Positions 1 through 8,431 of a stretch of DNA of 64,000 nucleotides are shown here, one piece after another. Position 1 is the first letter of the stretch; every line of letters begins with the position of its first letter. The notes under the pieces are model-generated. The model was not told the DNA's origin and did not search any database. It saw nothing but the letters and a program-made list of their open reading frames with translations. Origin of the DNA: Desulfosudaceae bacterium (GTDB taxonomy: Bacteria > Desulfobacterota > Desulfobacteria > Desulfobacterales > Desulfosudaceae); contig CAXXDV010000003.1 in assembly GCA_963674745.2 (NCBI GenBank), forward strand, positions 1,216,001 through 1,280,000, in the 5' to 3' direction. A program made the position numbers and the translations under genes.

Positions 1-356
1 GCGTTCCGGCAGGAAAATATGCCGAGCAGGCCATGCGGTCGGTTGGTGTGTATGCGTCGCTGCTGGCTGCAAACAAGTTTATTATGGCCAAGGATGTCCG
101 GCAGGCCCTGATGTATGCCGACAGGGGAGAAGCCGACGGCGCTTTTGTATACCGCACCGACGCGCTGCTGGCCGAAAAAGCGGTTATCCTGCTGGCGGTG
201 CCGTCAAGTCTCTATCCGCGTATCGATTATCCCCTGGCCGTGACCATGTCGGGCAGGAACAAGCAGGCCGCCCGGCAAGTGTTTTCGTTTTTGAACGGTA
301 AAGACGCCCTGGCAATAATCGAGTCGTTCGGTTTTGTGGCACCGGACGCAAAGTAG
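1..356 (+). CDS. modA: Molybdate ABC transporter substrate-binding protein, 5'-truncated by the window edge
   Basis: The frame is open from the window start (VPAGKYAEQAM...). Contains the typical ModA C-terminus DVRQALMYADRGEADGAFVYRTDA ... IDYPLAV ... FGF. Lies upstream of modB and modC. Confidence 0.9.
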   Translation, partial: VPAGKYAEQAMRSVGVYASLLAANKFIMAKDVRQALMYADRGEADGAFVYRTDALLAEKAVILLAVPSSLYPRIDYPLAVTMSGRNKQAARQVFSFLNGKDALAIIESFGFVAPDAK

Positions 357-476
357 GGACACCCCCGATAAGCGCTAAGTCGCTTTAATATGTAAAGGTT
401 AAGGAAAATAGGTTTGAACATCGGAAAAGAGAAAGAAATTGTAATCAAGTTTTTTAAAATTGACAGAATGCCTCAT

Positions 477-526
477 TGGATGTTCGATGTTGGATGTTCG
501 ATGTTGGACGTTCAATGTTCAACGTT
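477..526. repeat. Heptamer tandem repeat (GATGTTC/GATGTTG-type), degenerate
   Basis: tggatgttcgatgttggatgttcgatgttggacgttcaatgttcaacgtt in the modA-modB spacer. Confidence 0.8.
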
Positions 527-583
527 TATTCTAAAAACGACTAAGCGTCTATAAAGCACCACTAAAAGAATAAAGGATCGTTC

Positions 584-1270
584 ATGCTTGTGCTGGGACC
601 GGAGAACATATCAGCCATTGTGCTGTCCATGAAGGTGGCCACGGCCGCCACCCTGTTGTCGGTGCCGCTGGGTTTTTTCGCGGCCTATCTTCTGGTTTTT
701 TCCCGGGTGCCCGGCAAAATCCTTCTGGACGGCCTGTTCAACCTGCCCCTGGTGCTGCCGCCGGTAGTGGTCGGTTATTTACTGCTGCTGCTGCTGGGCC
801 AATCCGGTCTCGGGCCGTTCCTGGCCACGTTCGACATCCGGGTAATTTTTACCCTCAAAGGAGCGGTCATCGCCTCGGCCGTGGTGGGGTTTCCGCTGCT
901 GGTCCGGTCCCTGCGCATCGGTATGGAAGATATCGACGAACATTATCTCCTGGCTGCCCGGACGCTGGGTGCCGGGTGGTGGGACACGCTGCTGACCGTG
1001 ATCCTGCCGCTTTCGGGCCGCGCCCTGGTGGCCGGTATGACCCTCATGTTTGCCCGCAGCCTGGGAGAATTCGGGGCGACCATCATTCTGGCCGGCAATA
1101 TCCCCGGTGTTACCCAGACCATCCCCCTGGCCATTTACGATTACACCAACACCCCGGGCGGTGACCGTATGGCACTTTCCCTGTGCCTGGTTTCCATGGT
1201 GCTGTCTTTTGCCGTACTCATGGTCAGCGAAGCCATGACCCGATCGTTTCAAAAAAAGGGCAGGGCATGA
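584..1270 (+). CDS. modB: Molybdate ABC transporter permease
   Basis: LPLVLPPVVVGYLLL, the AARTLGA EAA-loop, FARSLGEFGATI and TIPLAIY. ATGA overlap with modC. Confidence 0.95.
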   Translation: MLVLGPENISAIVLSMKVATAATLLSVPLGFFAAYLLVFSRVPGKILLDGLFNLPLVLPPVVVGYLLLLLLGQSGLGPFLATFDIRVIFTLKGAVIASAVVGFPLLVRSLRIGMEDIDEHYLLAARTLGAGWWDTLLTVILPLSGRALVAGMTLMFARSLGEFGATIILAGNIPGVTQTIPLAIYDYTNTPGGDRMALSLCLVSMVLSFAVLMVSEAMTRSFQKKGRA

Positions 1271-2322
1271 AACTTCAGGTATCGGTTGAAAAACGGTTCA
1301 AGAATTTTTTTTTAAAGGCCGATTTTGTGGAGTCGGGCAACCGCACCGGTATCTTCGGACCTTCCGGCAGCGGCAAGTCGACCCTGGTATATCTGCTGGC
1401 CGGGCTCATGAAACCGGACCGGGGGGGCATTCGACTGAACGGCCACACCCTGTTTGACGCTGAGGAACACCTCCATGTGCCCACGGAAAAACGGCGCATC
1501 GGCGTTGTTTTCCAGCAGGCCCATCTGTTCCCACACCTGAGTGTCCGGAGAAACCTGTTGTACGGATTCAGACGTATTCCAAAACAGGACCGTAAAATTG
1601 CGCCCGAAGACCTGATCAATGTCCTGGCCCTGGATCATCTGCTGGATCGCAGCCCCAACCGCTTGTCCGGCGGGGAGCGACAGCGGGTGGCCCTGGGGCG
1701 GACCATCCTGGCCTGTCCGCGGCTGATTCTGATGGATGAACCATTGACCGGCCTGGACCGGAAGCTGAAATTTCAGATTATTCCTTACTTGCGAAAAGTG
1801 TTTGACGCCTTTGATATTCCGCTGATGTTCATCAGTCATTCCATCCAGGAAATGCGGCTGATGACCGATGATGTCCTGGCCTTTGACCATGGGCGCCTCC
1901 TGAACAGGATGTCGTCGGAAGCCCTGGCGCGTCAGAACCTGATGACCGGAAGCGGCGGCTATATGAACCTGGTCATTTTATCGGATCCCCGCCCCCACAA
2001 TTCAATTTATCAATACCGGTGGGGACAGAGCAGCTTGATCCTTACCGAACCCGGTCAGCCCGGGGAAAACCAGTTTGAACTGCCATCCCGGGAAATCATG
2101 CTTTTCAAGCGGCACCCGGAAGCTTCAAGTGCGAGGAACCTGCTGGACTGTACCGTGACGGACATTTTTCCGGTCGGCAACCGGGTTGGAGTGGAACTGG
2201 CCTGTCACGATCAAAAACTGATATGCCAGGTGGTGCCCGAATCCGTTGACGAATTGGGTATCACAAAGGGTGAAACCGTTGTGGCGGGCATCAAGGCGTC
2301 GGCCTTTAGAAAGTTGTTTTAA
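1267..2322 (+). CDS. modC: Molybdate ABC transporter ATP-binding protein with C-terminal TOBE domain
   Basis: Walker A GPSGSGKST, LSGGERQRVALGR, LMDEP and TOBE-like SARNLL...IKAS. Start placed at the ATG overlapping the modB stop (ATGA). Confidence 0.93.
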   Translation: MKLQVSVEKRFKNFFLKADFVESGNRTGIFGPSGSGKSTLVYLLAGLMKPDRGGIRLNGHTLFDAEEHLHVPTEKRRIGVVFQQAHLFPHLSVRRNLLYGFRRIPKQDRKIAPEDLINVLALDHLLDRSPNRLSGGERQRVALGRTILACPRLILMDEPLTGLDRKLKFQIIPYLRKVFDAFDIPLMFISHSIQEMRLMTDDVLAFDHGRLLNRMSSEALARQNLMTGSGGYMNLVILSDPRPHNSIYQYRWGQSSLILTEPGQPGENQFELPSREIMLFKRHPEASSARNLLDCTVTDIFPVGNRVGVELACHDQKLICQVVPESVDELGITKGETVVAGIKASAFRKLF

Positions 2323-2324
2323 CG

Positions 2325-3398
2325 ATGGCATCTTTATTTTATCAAATGAAGGGAGATGTAATGCGGCAATGTTGTTTCCATACGGCTGTTGTGATCGTTT
2401 TAATCCTCAGTTGTCGAATAACCGTGTACGCGGAAGGTGCTTCAACGTTAAAACAGGAGAACGTGACGCTCAACATGGCGGTGGAATTCATGGACCATGC
2501 CGCTGCCGCCTTTATCTGCAATGATCAGGGCTGGTTTGAACAATCCGGTCTGAATGTAAAAAGTTATGAGAGTTACAATACCGGCATGGCACTGGCCGCG
2601 GCTCTTGCCAGAGGCGATGTCCAGGTCGCTTATCTCTGCCTGGTACCGGCCATCAATGCGTTTATCAATGCCGGGGTCCCGATCAAAATTGTTGCCGGTA
2701 CCCATCAGTACGGATACGGACTGGTGGTAGATGACAGGGCCGTTAAATCTGTTCAGGACCTTGAAAAAGAAGGCATCCGGCTGGGCTGCGTCAGAGAGGG
2801 CGGGGCTGTTGATGTGCTGTTACGAAGAATCATCGAGACGTATGGTCTTGACGTGGACAAAGTGCTCAAAAACGTACGGCGCATGCCGCCGGCAAAACAG
2901 CTGCTGGCGGTTCAGACCGGGCAACTGGATGCCGCCGTGCTGCCTGAACAATGGACGACCATGGCCGAGGCTTCGGGCTTCAAAATGCTCCTGATGGCCC
3001 AGGATGTATGGCCGCAAATGCAGGGAAGTGTTCTCGCGGTTCGGCACGACCTGATGACCCGTCATCCGGATGTGGTTCGAAAACTGGTTGATTTGCTGAA
3101 ACGGGCCAATGAATTGATCAACCAGGACCCGCGCAAGGCCGCCGAAATCGTTTCCAGGCAGATGCAACTTGCGGGCCCGGCTCTTGTTCAAAAAGGATTC
3201 AAGGCTGACGGTCATTCCGCGATTGCGCCCGACATATTGGCGCGTTCAATGAAACGATTGGTGTATACGATTGATATTGATCCGGGACAGGTCCAGCTGA
3301 CTATAGATTATATGGCCGATTTGGGTTACATTAAAAAACGATTTGCGGCTGAAGATATCCTTGACTTGAGGTTTATTGAAAATGCCCGGAGCCAATAA
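2325..3398 (+). CDS. ABC transporter substrate-binding protein, SsuA/NMT1/THI5-like
   Basis: N-terminal signal-like segment, GMALAAALARGDVQVAY, GQLDAAVLPEQW. Followed by a permease and an ATPase. Confidence 0.8.
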   Translation: MASLFYQMKGDVMRQCCFHTAVVIVLILSCRITVYAEGASTLKQENVTLNMAVEFMDHAAAAFICNDQGWFEQSGLNVKSYESYNTGMALAAALARGDVQVAYLCLVPAINAFINAGVPIKIVAGTHQYGYGLVVDDRAVKSVQDLEKEGIRLGCVREGGAVDVLLRRIIETYGLDVDKVLKNVRRMPPAKQLLAVQTGQLDAAVLPEQWTTMAEASGFKMLLMAQDVWPQMQGSVLAVRHDLMTRHPDVVRKLVDLLKRANELINQDPRKAAEIVSRQMQLAGPALVQKGFKADGHSAIAPDILARSMKRLVYTIDIDPGQVQLTIDYMADLGYIKKRFAAEDILDLRFIENARSQ

Positions 3399-4152
3399 AC
3401 GGTCCGCCGGATGGGGGCTATTGCCCATATTCGTTTTTCTGGGGTTATGGGAAGTGACGGCGCGGTTGAATCTGCTGCCCGGACACTTTTTTCTGCCCCC
3501 GTTTTCCGAGGTGTTGTCCCAATTTTACGTTTTGAGTGTGAACGGTGTGCTGGGTAAAAACTTTCTCAGCAGCCTGGTTCGCGTGCTGGCCGGATTTTTG
3601 GCTGGTTCAACCGCCGGTCTGATTGTCGGTACCCTGATGGGATGGCGTTCGACTATTGATAAGTCCTTCAGCCCGATTATCAGTCTGTTTTATCCCATCC
3701 CGGCCCTGGGATGGATACCATTACTGATGTTGTGGGTCGGCATCAATGAAATGCTGCCCATTATCCTGATTTTCATCTGTTCCTTTTTCCCGATGCTGTA
3801 CAACACGATTACGGGCATTAAAACCGTTGACCGGGATTATATCCTGGTGGCCCGGACGCTTGGCGCATCGGAAGGCCGCATCCTGTTCCGTGTTACTCTG
3901 CCATTGGCCCTGCCCAATATATTTACCGGTCTCAGGCTGGAAGCCGGCATGGCCTGGCGGACGGTGATTGCCGCTGAAATGGTGGCCATTCCCACCGGTA
4001 TCGGGGCATTGCTGATGAAAGCGGAAAGCCTGATGCGTATTGACATCATCATTGTCTGCCTGACCATACTGGCCGTCATGTGCCTGGCGTTTGAAAAAAT
4101 TTTTATTTTTATTGAAAACCGGTTGACATCAAACTGGCGGCAGAGCGTATGA
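3376..4152 (+). CDS. ABC transporter permease, SsuC/TauC/NrtB-like
   Basis: SLVRVLAGF, PIPALGWIPLLMLWVG, VARTLGAS...LPLALPNIFTGLR, AWRTVIAAEM. Confidence 0.9.
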   Translation: MKMPGANKRSAGWGLLPIFVFLGLWEVTARLNLLPGHFFLPPFSEVLSQFYVLSVNGVLGKNFLSSLVRVLAGFLAGSTAGLIVGTLMGWRSTIDKSFSPIISLFYPIPALGWIPLLMLWVGINEMLPIILIFICSFFPMLYNTITGIKTVDRDYILVARTLGASEGRILFRVTLPLALPNIFTGLRLEAGMAWRTVIAAEMVAIPTGIGALLMKAESLMRIDIIIVCLTILAVMCLAFEKIFIFIENRLTSNWRQSV

Positions 4153-5237
4153 CAGAACATTATCTTCAGGTCAACAAATTAACGGTTACGCTGGGAAGAT
4201 TTTCCCTGAAAAACATTCAGCTTTCCTGCGGTAAGGGGGAATACCACGTGCTGCTGGGGCCGACCGGCAGCGGCAAGTCGACTTTGATGAAATGCATGCT
4301 GGGTTTTTTTCGCCTCGGCCGCGACACGATCTATTTAAACGGTAAAGATATCAGCCAGTATCGCCCGGAAGAACGGCGCATGGGGTATGTTCCCCAGAAT
4401 TATTCGCTGTTTCCTCACCTGAAGGTCGAAGCGAATATCCGTTTCGGGTTGTGTTGCAAAAAACATGATGCCTCAGCCGCAGACCAGGTGGTCAACCGGC
4501 TGTGCAACATGCTGGGGATTGACGGCCTTCGTAACAGGCGCATTCGTCACCTGTCCGGCGGAGAACGACAGAAAGTCGCCCTGGCCCGTGCCCTGGCCAT
4601 TCAACCCGACGTGATCTTTTTAGATGAGCCGTTCTCATCCATAGATGAGGGCGGCCGGCGTGACCTCTGGGTGGAGATGAAAAAAATCATCAACGAAATC
4701 GGCATTACCACGTTTCATATTACCCATAACCTGGAAGAAGCATACAGCCTGGGAGAACGGTTGTCGGTCATGCTGAACGGCAGGATTCATCAGAGTGCCG
4801 CCAAAAAGGAAATATTTGAATGTCCGGCAACCCGGGCCATAGCGGCGTTTTTGAACTACCGCAATCTTTTTTCGGGAACGGCCCGTCCGCACGAGGCCGG
4901 AACGGTTGTCGATACCGGTGCTTTCAAGGTCGTTCTTAATCGCGGGATCGCACCGGACAAGAGGGTCGATCTCTGCATACGGCAGCAGGACATTAAGATT
5001 ATCAAGCCGGGATCACCATTGAAAGATGCCTTAAAGCACAATGTCCTGGCCGGCTGTGTCGTCTCCGTGTTCCCCTTTCCGGAATACTGCCTGCTCCATT
5101 TCAGGATTGATAACAGCCCGCGGGAATTTGATTTTGAAATCAAGCTGCCGCCTTACCTGAAAGAGCGGTACGATCTCTTCCCGGGAAAAGCCATCCAGGT
5201 GGGGTTGTGGGAACCGAACATTATTGTGTTTGATTGA
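4149..5237 (+). CDS. ABC transporter ATP-binding protein, ModC/WtpC/CysA-like with C-terminal regulatory domain
   Basis: GPTGSGKST, YVPQNYSLFPHL, LSGGERQKVALARALA, FLDEPFS. ATGA overlap with the permease. Confidence 0.88.
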   Translation: MTEHYLQVNKLTVTLGRFSLKNIQLSCGKGEYHVLLGPTGSGKSTLMKCMLGFFRLGRDTIYLNGKDISQYRPEERRMGYVPQNYSLFPHLKVEANIRFGLCCKKHDASAADQVVNRLCNMLGIDGLRNRRIRHLSGGERQKVALARALAIQPDVIFLDEPFSSIDEGGRRDLWVEMKKIINEIGITTFHITHNLEEAYSLGERLSVMLNGRIHQSAAKKEIFECPATRAIAAFLNYRNLFSGTARPHEAGTVVDTGAFKVVLNRGIAPDKRVDLCIRQQDIKIIKPGSPLKDALKHNVLAGCVVSVFPFPEYCLLHFRIDNSPREFDFEIKLPPYLKERYDLFPGKAIQVGLWEPNIIVFD

Positions 5238-5350
5238 TCCCCTGATTCGTGTTCAACCGTTCGTCTTCCGGTCCAGTCGCATAAATAACATAGCGTTAAA
5301 GGTGTTAGGTTTTAGGTGTTAAGGTTTTAAGGTTTGTTATGTATCGTCTC

Positions 5351-5623
5351 GTAGGGGCGACCGGCGGGTCGCCCCTACAGGCCGGGGTTTAGTGTTCGGT
5401 GTAGGGGCACGGCGTGCCGTGCCCTTTTGTTAAGGTTTGAGATCATTCGCAAATGTCGCTGGCGCAACTCGGCCCGGGCATGGTAGGGGCAGGCCCCCGT
5501 GCCTGCCCGGTGAAGGGCAACCACAGGGGGTTGCCCCTACGGATCGGGGTGGGCGTTCATGGATAATGCAGGGGCAGGCCCCTGTGCCTGCCCGGTGAAG
5601 GGCAACCACGGGGGGTTGCCCCA
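5351..5623. repeat. Cluster of GTAG-type REP palindromes and REP doublets
   Basis: GTAGGGGCGACCGGCGGGTCGCCCCTAC (5351-5378), GTAGGGGCACGGCGTGCCGTGCCC (from 5401), and two doublets (5483-5540 and about 5568-5623) that are reverse complements of the 7672-8255 unit. Confidence 0.88.
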
Positions 5624-5633
5624 AAGGTTTATA

Positions 5634-6191
5634 TTAAGACGTTTTCAAAAGCGCCTTAATCTGGTCGTCCGCTTCGCTATCGGTTTCCAGGGGCACCCGC
5701 ATGCTTTCCAGGCAGCGGGTCAGCATGTTGAAATAGCTGCAGCATAGGATCAGCGCGGCCGCGCCGTGATTGCCGTACCGGTCTTTGATGGCCATCAGCA
5801 TTTCGTCCCCAAGACGGCCTTCCCTGGTGATTTCGTCTGCCACCCGGCAGAGCAGGTTGCCTTCCGCGTCAAGGGAGGTGACCGGATTTTCTTTTTTGAT
5901 GATATCGATATCTTTGTCGGTAAGGCCGGTCATCAAGCCGACGGTCACGTGGTGAGACCAGGCATACTCGCACCGAAGCACACCGACCACGCGCAAGACG
6001 GCGATCTCCCGCAGGCGGGCGTCAAAGTCGGTACCGGACAGCACCGATCCGGCCAGGTCAAGAAAGCCTTTAAAACTGTTCTGGACCAGGGCCATCATGC
6101 GAAAGGCGTTTAAGGGCGGCAACAGCTTCAACAGATCGGCGGTTTCCTGCGGCAATTCGTCAATCGCCGGCAAGTCGATGCATGGTTCCAT
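5634..6191 (-). CDS. Carboxymuconolactone decarboxylase (AhpD-like) family protein
   Basis: PPLNAFRMMA, DARLREIAVLRV...CEYAWSHH, LILCCSYFNM. Confidence 0.8.
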   Translation of the reverse strand: MEPCIDLPAIDELPQETADLLKLLPPLNAFRMMALVQNSFKGFLDLAGSVLSGTDFDARLREIAVLRVVGVLRCEYAWSHHVTVGLMTGLTDKDIDIIKKENPVTSLDAEGNLLCRVADEITREGRLGDEMLMAIKDRYGNHGAAALILCCSYFNMLTRCLESMRVPLETDSEADDQIKALLKTS

Positions 6192-6280
6192 AGCATAATC
6201 CTTTCAGGTCAGTTAGATATATTCGGACGGCTTTGTTATCAGGTTAAATTAATACAAGGGGTCAATAAGTTGTCGTTCAC

Positions 6281-6313
6281 TTGAACCCTGGACCCCTTGA
6301 ATCCTTGAACCCT
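6281..6313. repeat. Octamer tandem repeat (TTGAACCC-type)
   Basis: ttgaaccc tggacccc ttgaatcc ttgaaccc. Confidence 0.7.
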
Positions 6314-6363
6314 TTAAACATTAAAGTCCATTATGCTCTTTTAAAACTGAGTAAGTTTTTAAT

Positions 6364-7602
6364 TTAAATTAAAAGCCCTACAACTGTCCCTGTCATGCAG
6401 GTGGCCATGGTACCGGCCAGAATAGAACGGAACCCCAGGGAGACGATTTCGCCTCTTCGTTCCGGCGCCATGGTGCCCATTCCGCCGATCATGATGCCCA
6501 GGCTGCCCGGATTGGCAAAACCGCACATGGCATAGGTCATGATCATCAGGCTTTTGGGGCTCAAAGCACCTTCAGGAAGCTGGGCCATGTTCAGGTAGGC
6601 CAGCATTTCGTTTAATATGGTTTTGATGCCCATTAGCGATCCGGCCGTAAACGATTCTTTCCAGGGGATGCCCATGAGCCAGGCCACCGGCGCCATGAGA
6701 ACACCCAGAATGCGTTCTAAGGTCAAGGGGCTTTCTCCTGTACCGGGCATGTAGCTGAGCCCGATGTTGAACAGCTTTACAAGGGCCACCAGCACGATCA
6801 GCATGGCCACGATGTTGATCAGCAGTTCAACACCCTGAATCGTTCCCTGGGTAACAGCGTCCATGGTGCTCTTGGCGTTTTGCGGGAGAATAAAGTTCCC
6901 GGCGGTTGGAGAAGATGTCTCCGGGACCATTATCTTGGCGATGGTAATGGCCGCCGGAACGCTGATTACCGAAGCCGTCAGGATATGGCCCATGCCGTTG
7001 GGTATGATCCCGCTGATAAAACCGGCATACACCACCATAACGGTACCGGCGATGGTGGCCATACCGCAGGTCATGATACAGAAAATTTCACTGCGGGTCA
7101 TGTCTTTTAAGTAAGGCCGGATCAGCAGGGGGGATTCGACCATGCCGACAAAGATGTTGGCGGAAAGACCGACACCTTCGGCACCGCCGATGTTGGCGGA
7201 TTTTTGCAGGAGCCAGGAAAAACTCCTGACGATGGCCGGCAGGATTTTCCAGTAAAAAAGTATCGCCGACAGGGCGCTCATGATTAAAACAAGGGGCAGG
7301 GCCTGGAAAGCCAGAATAAAGGTTGCTCCCGGGTCGGTCATTTCAAAAGGGGACGGCAACTTGCCGCCTACGTAACCAAAGACAAACCCGGTGCCTTCGA
7401 TGGTCGCGGTTTGAAGAGCCAGGACAATTTTATTCAGCATTTTAAAGAACTGGAGAGAACCCGGGGTTTTCAGCAGGATAACCGCCAGCAGGAATTGAAG
7501 TCCGACCCCGACCAAAATGACTTTGATCCGGACCTGTCGCCTGTTTTCACTGATCAGCCAGGCGATTAGAACAAATACCAGAAGACCGACAATACCTTGC
7601 AT
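6364..7602 (-). CDS. nupC: Concentrative nucleoside transporter (CNT/NupC family)
   Basis: AWLISENRR, ANIFVGMVESPLLIRPYL, GMATIAGTV, KTILNEMLAY, MCGFANPGSLGIMIGG. Confidence 0.9.
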   Translation of the reverse strand: MQGIVGLLVFVLIAWLISENRRQVRIKVILVGVGLQFLLAVILLKTPGSLQFFKMLNKIVLALQTATIEGTGFVFGYVGGKLPSPFEMTDPGATFILAFQALPLVLIMSALSAILFYWKILPAIVRSFSWLLQKSANIGGAEGVGLSANIFVGMVESPLLIRPYLKDMTRSEIFCIMTCGMATIAGTVMVVYAGFISGIIPNGMGHILTASVISVPAAITIAKIMVPETSSPTAGNFILPQNAKSTMDAVTQGTIQGVELLINIVAMLIVLVALVKLFNIGLSYMPGTGESPLTLERILGVLMAPVAWLMGIPWKESFTAGSLMGIKTILNEMLAYLNMAQLPEGALSPKSLMIMTYAMCGFANPGSLGIMIGGMGTMAPERRGEIVSLGFRSILAGTMATCMTGTVVGLLI

Positions 7603-7671
7603 AAATCCCCTCCGTTTTCCCGTTTTTATAAATAATGAAGCTTATCAATTTTATACCGGATCCCGGCTCAC

Positions 7672-8255
7672 GTAGGGGCAACCCCCTGTGGTTGTCCTTC
7701 ACCGGGCAGGCACAGGGGCCTGCCCCTACAATGCCCATGGACGACCGGCAATATTCATGAACGCTCTCCCCGGCCCGTAGGGGCAACCCCCCGTGGTTGC
7801 CCTTCACCGGGCAGGCACGGGGGGCCTGCCCCTACAATGCCCATGGACGACCGGCAATATTCATGAACGCTCTCCCCGGCCCGTAGGGGCAACCCCCCGT
7901 GGTTGCCCTTCACCGGGCAGGCACGGGGGCCTGCCCCTACAATGCCCATGGACGACCGGCAATATTCATGAACGCTCTCCCCGGCCCGTAGGGGCAACCC
8001 CCCGTGGTTGCCCTTCACCGGGCAGGCACAGGGGCCTGCCCCTACAATGCCCATGGACGACCGGCAATATTCATGAACGCTCTCCCCGGCCCGTAGGGGC
8101 AACCCCCTGTGGTTGTCCTTCACCGGGCAGGCACGGGGGCCTGCCCCTACAATGCCCATGGACGACCGGCAATATTCATGAACGCTCTCCCCGGCCCGTA
8201 GGGGCAACCCCCCGTGGTTGCCCTTCACCGGGCAGGCACAGGGGCCTGCCCCTAC
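7672..8255. repeat. Tandem array of six 58-bp REP doublets separated by five identical 47-bp linkers (BIME/REPIN-like, 105-bp period)
   Basis: Units start at 7672, 7777, 7883, 7988, 8093 and 8198. Unit: GTAGGGGCAACCCCCYGTGGTTGYCCTTCACCGGGCAGGCACRGGGGCCTGCCCCTAC. Linker: AATGCCCATGGACGACCGGCAATATTCATGAACGCTCTCCCCGGCCC. Confidence 0.95.
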
Positions 8256-8270
8256 AACAATTGCGAACGT

Positions 8271-8395
8271 CCTCAAACCTGGAACCTCAAACCCTGAACC
8301 CTTAATCACATAACCACTTAATCACATAATCACATAATCACATAACCACTTAATCACCTAAAACTTTAAAACTCTAACACTCTAAAACCTCAAAC
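8271..8395. repeat. Mixed heptamer/octamer short tandem repeats
   Basis: cctcaaa/cctggaa heptamers, then TAATCACA/TAACCACT x7 (8303-8358), then TAAAACTY-type octamers. Confidence 0.8.
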
Positions 8396-8431
8396 CCCTC
8401 CTAATTGACTGCGACAAACCGGGTTTCGCGA

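Noticed and set aside
7672..8255. CRISPR array
   Set aside because: The spacers are identical, the repeats are 58-bp GTAG REP doublets found elsewhere in the window, and there are no cas genes.
7547..8309. Repetitive ORFs 7547-7807, 7755-8309 and 7793-8305 (also 5430-5624 and 5559-5747)
   Set aside because: These are by-products of a 105-bp (multiple of 3) GC-rich repeat. They are open on both strands, have no RBS, and are broken by a 1-bp indel.
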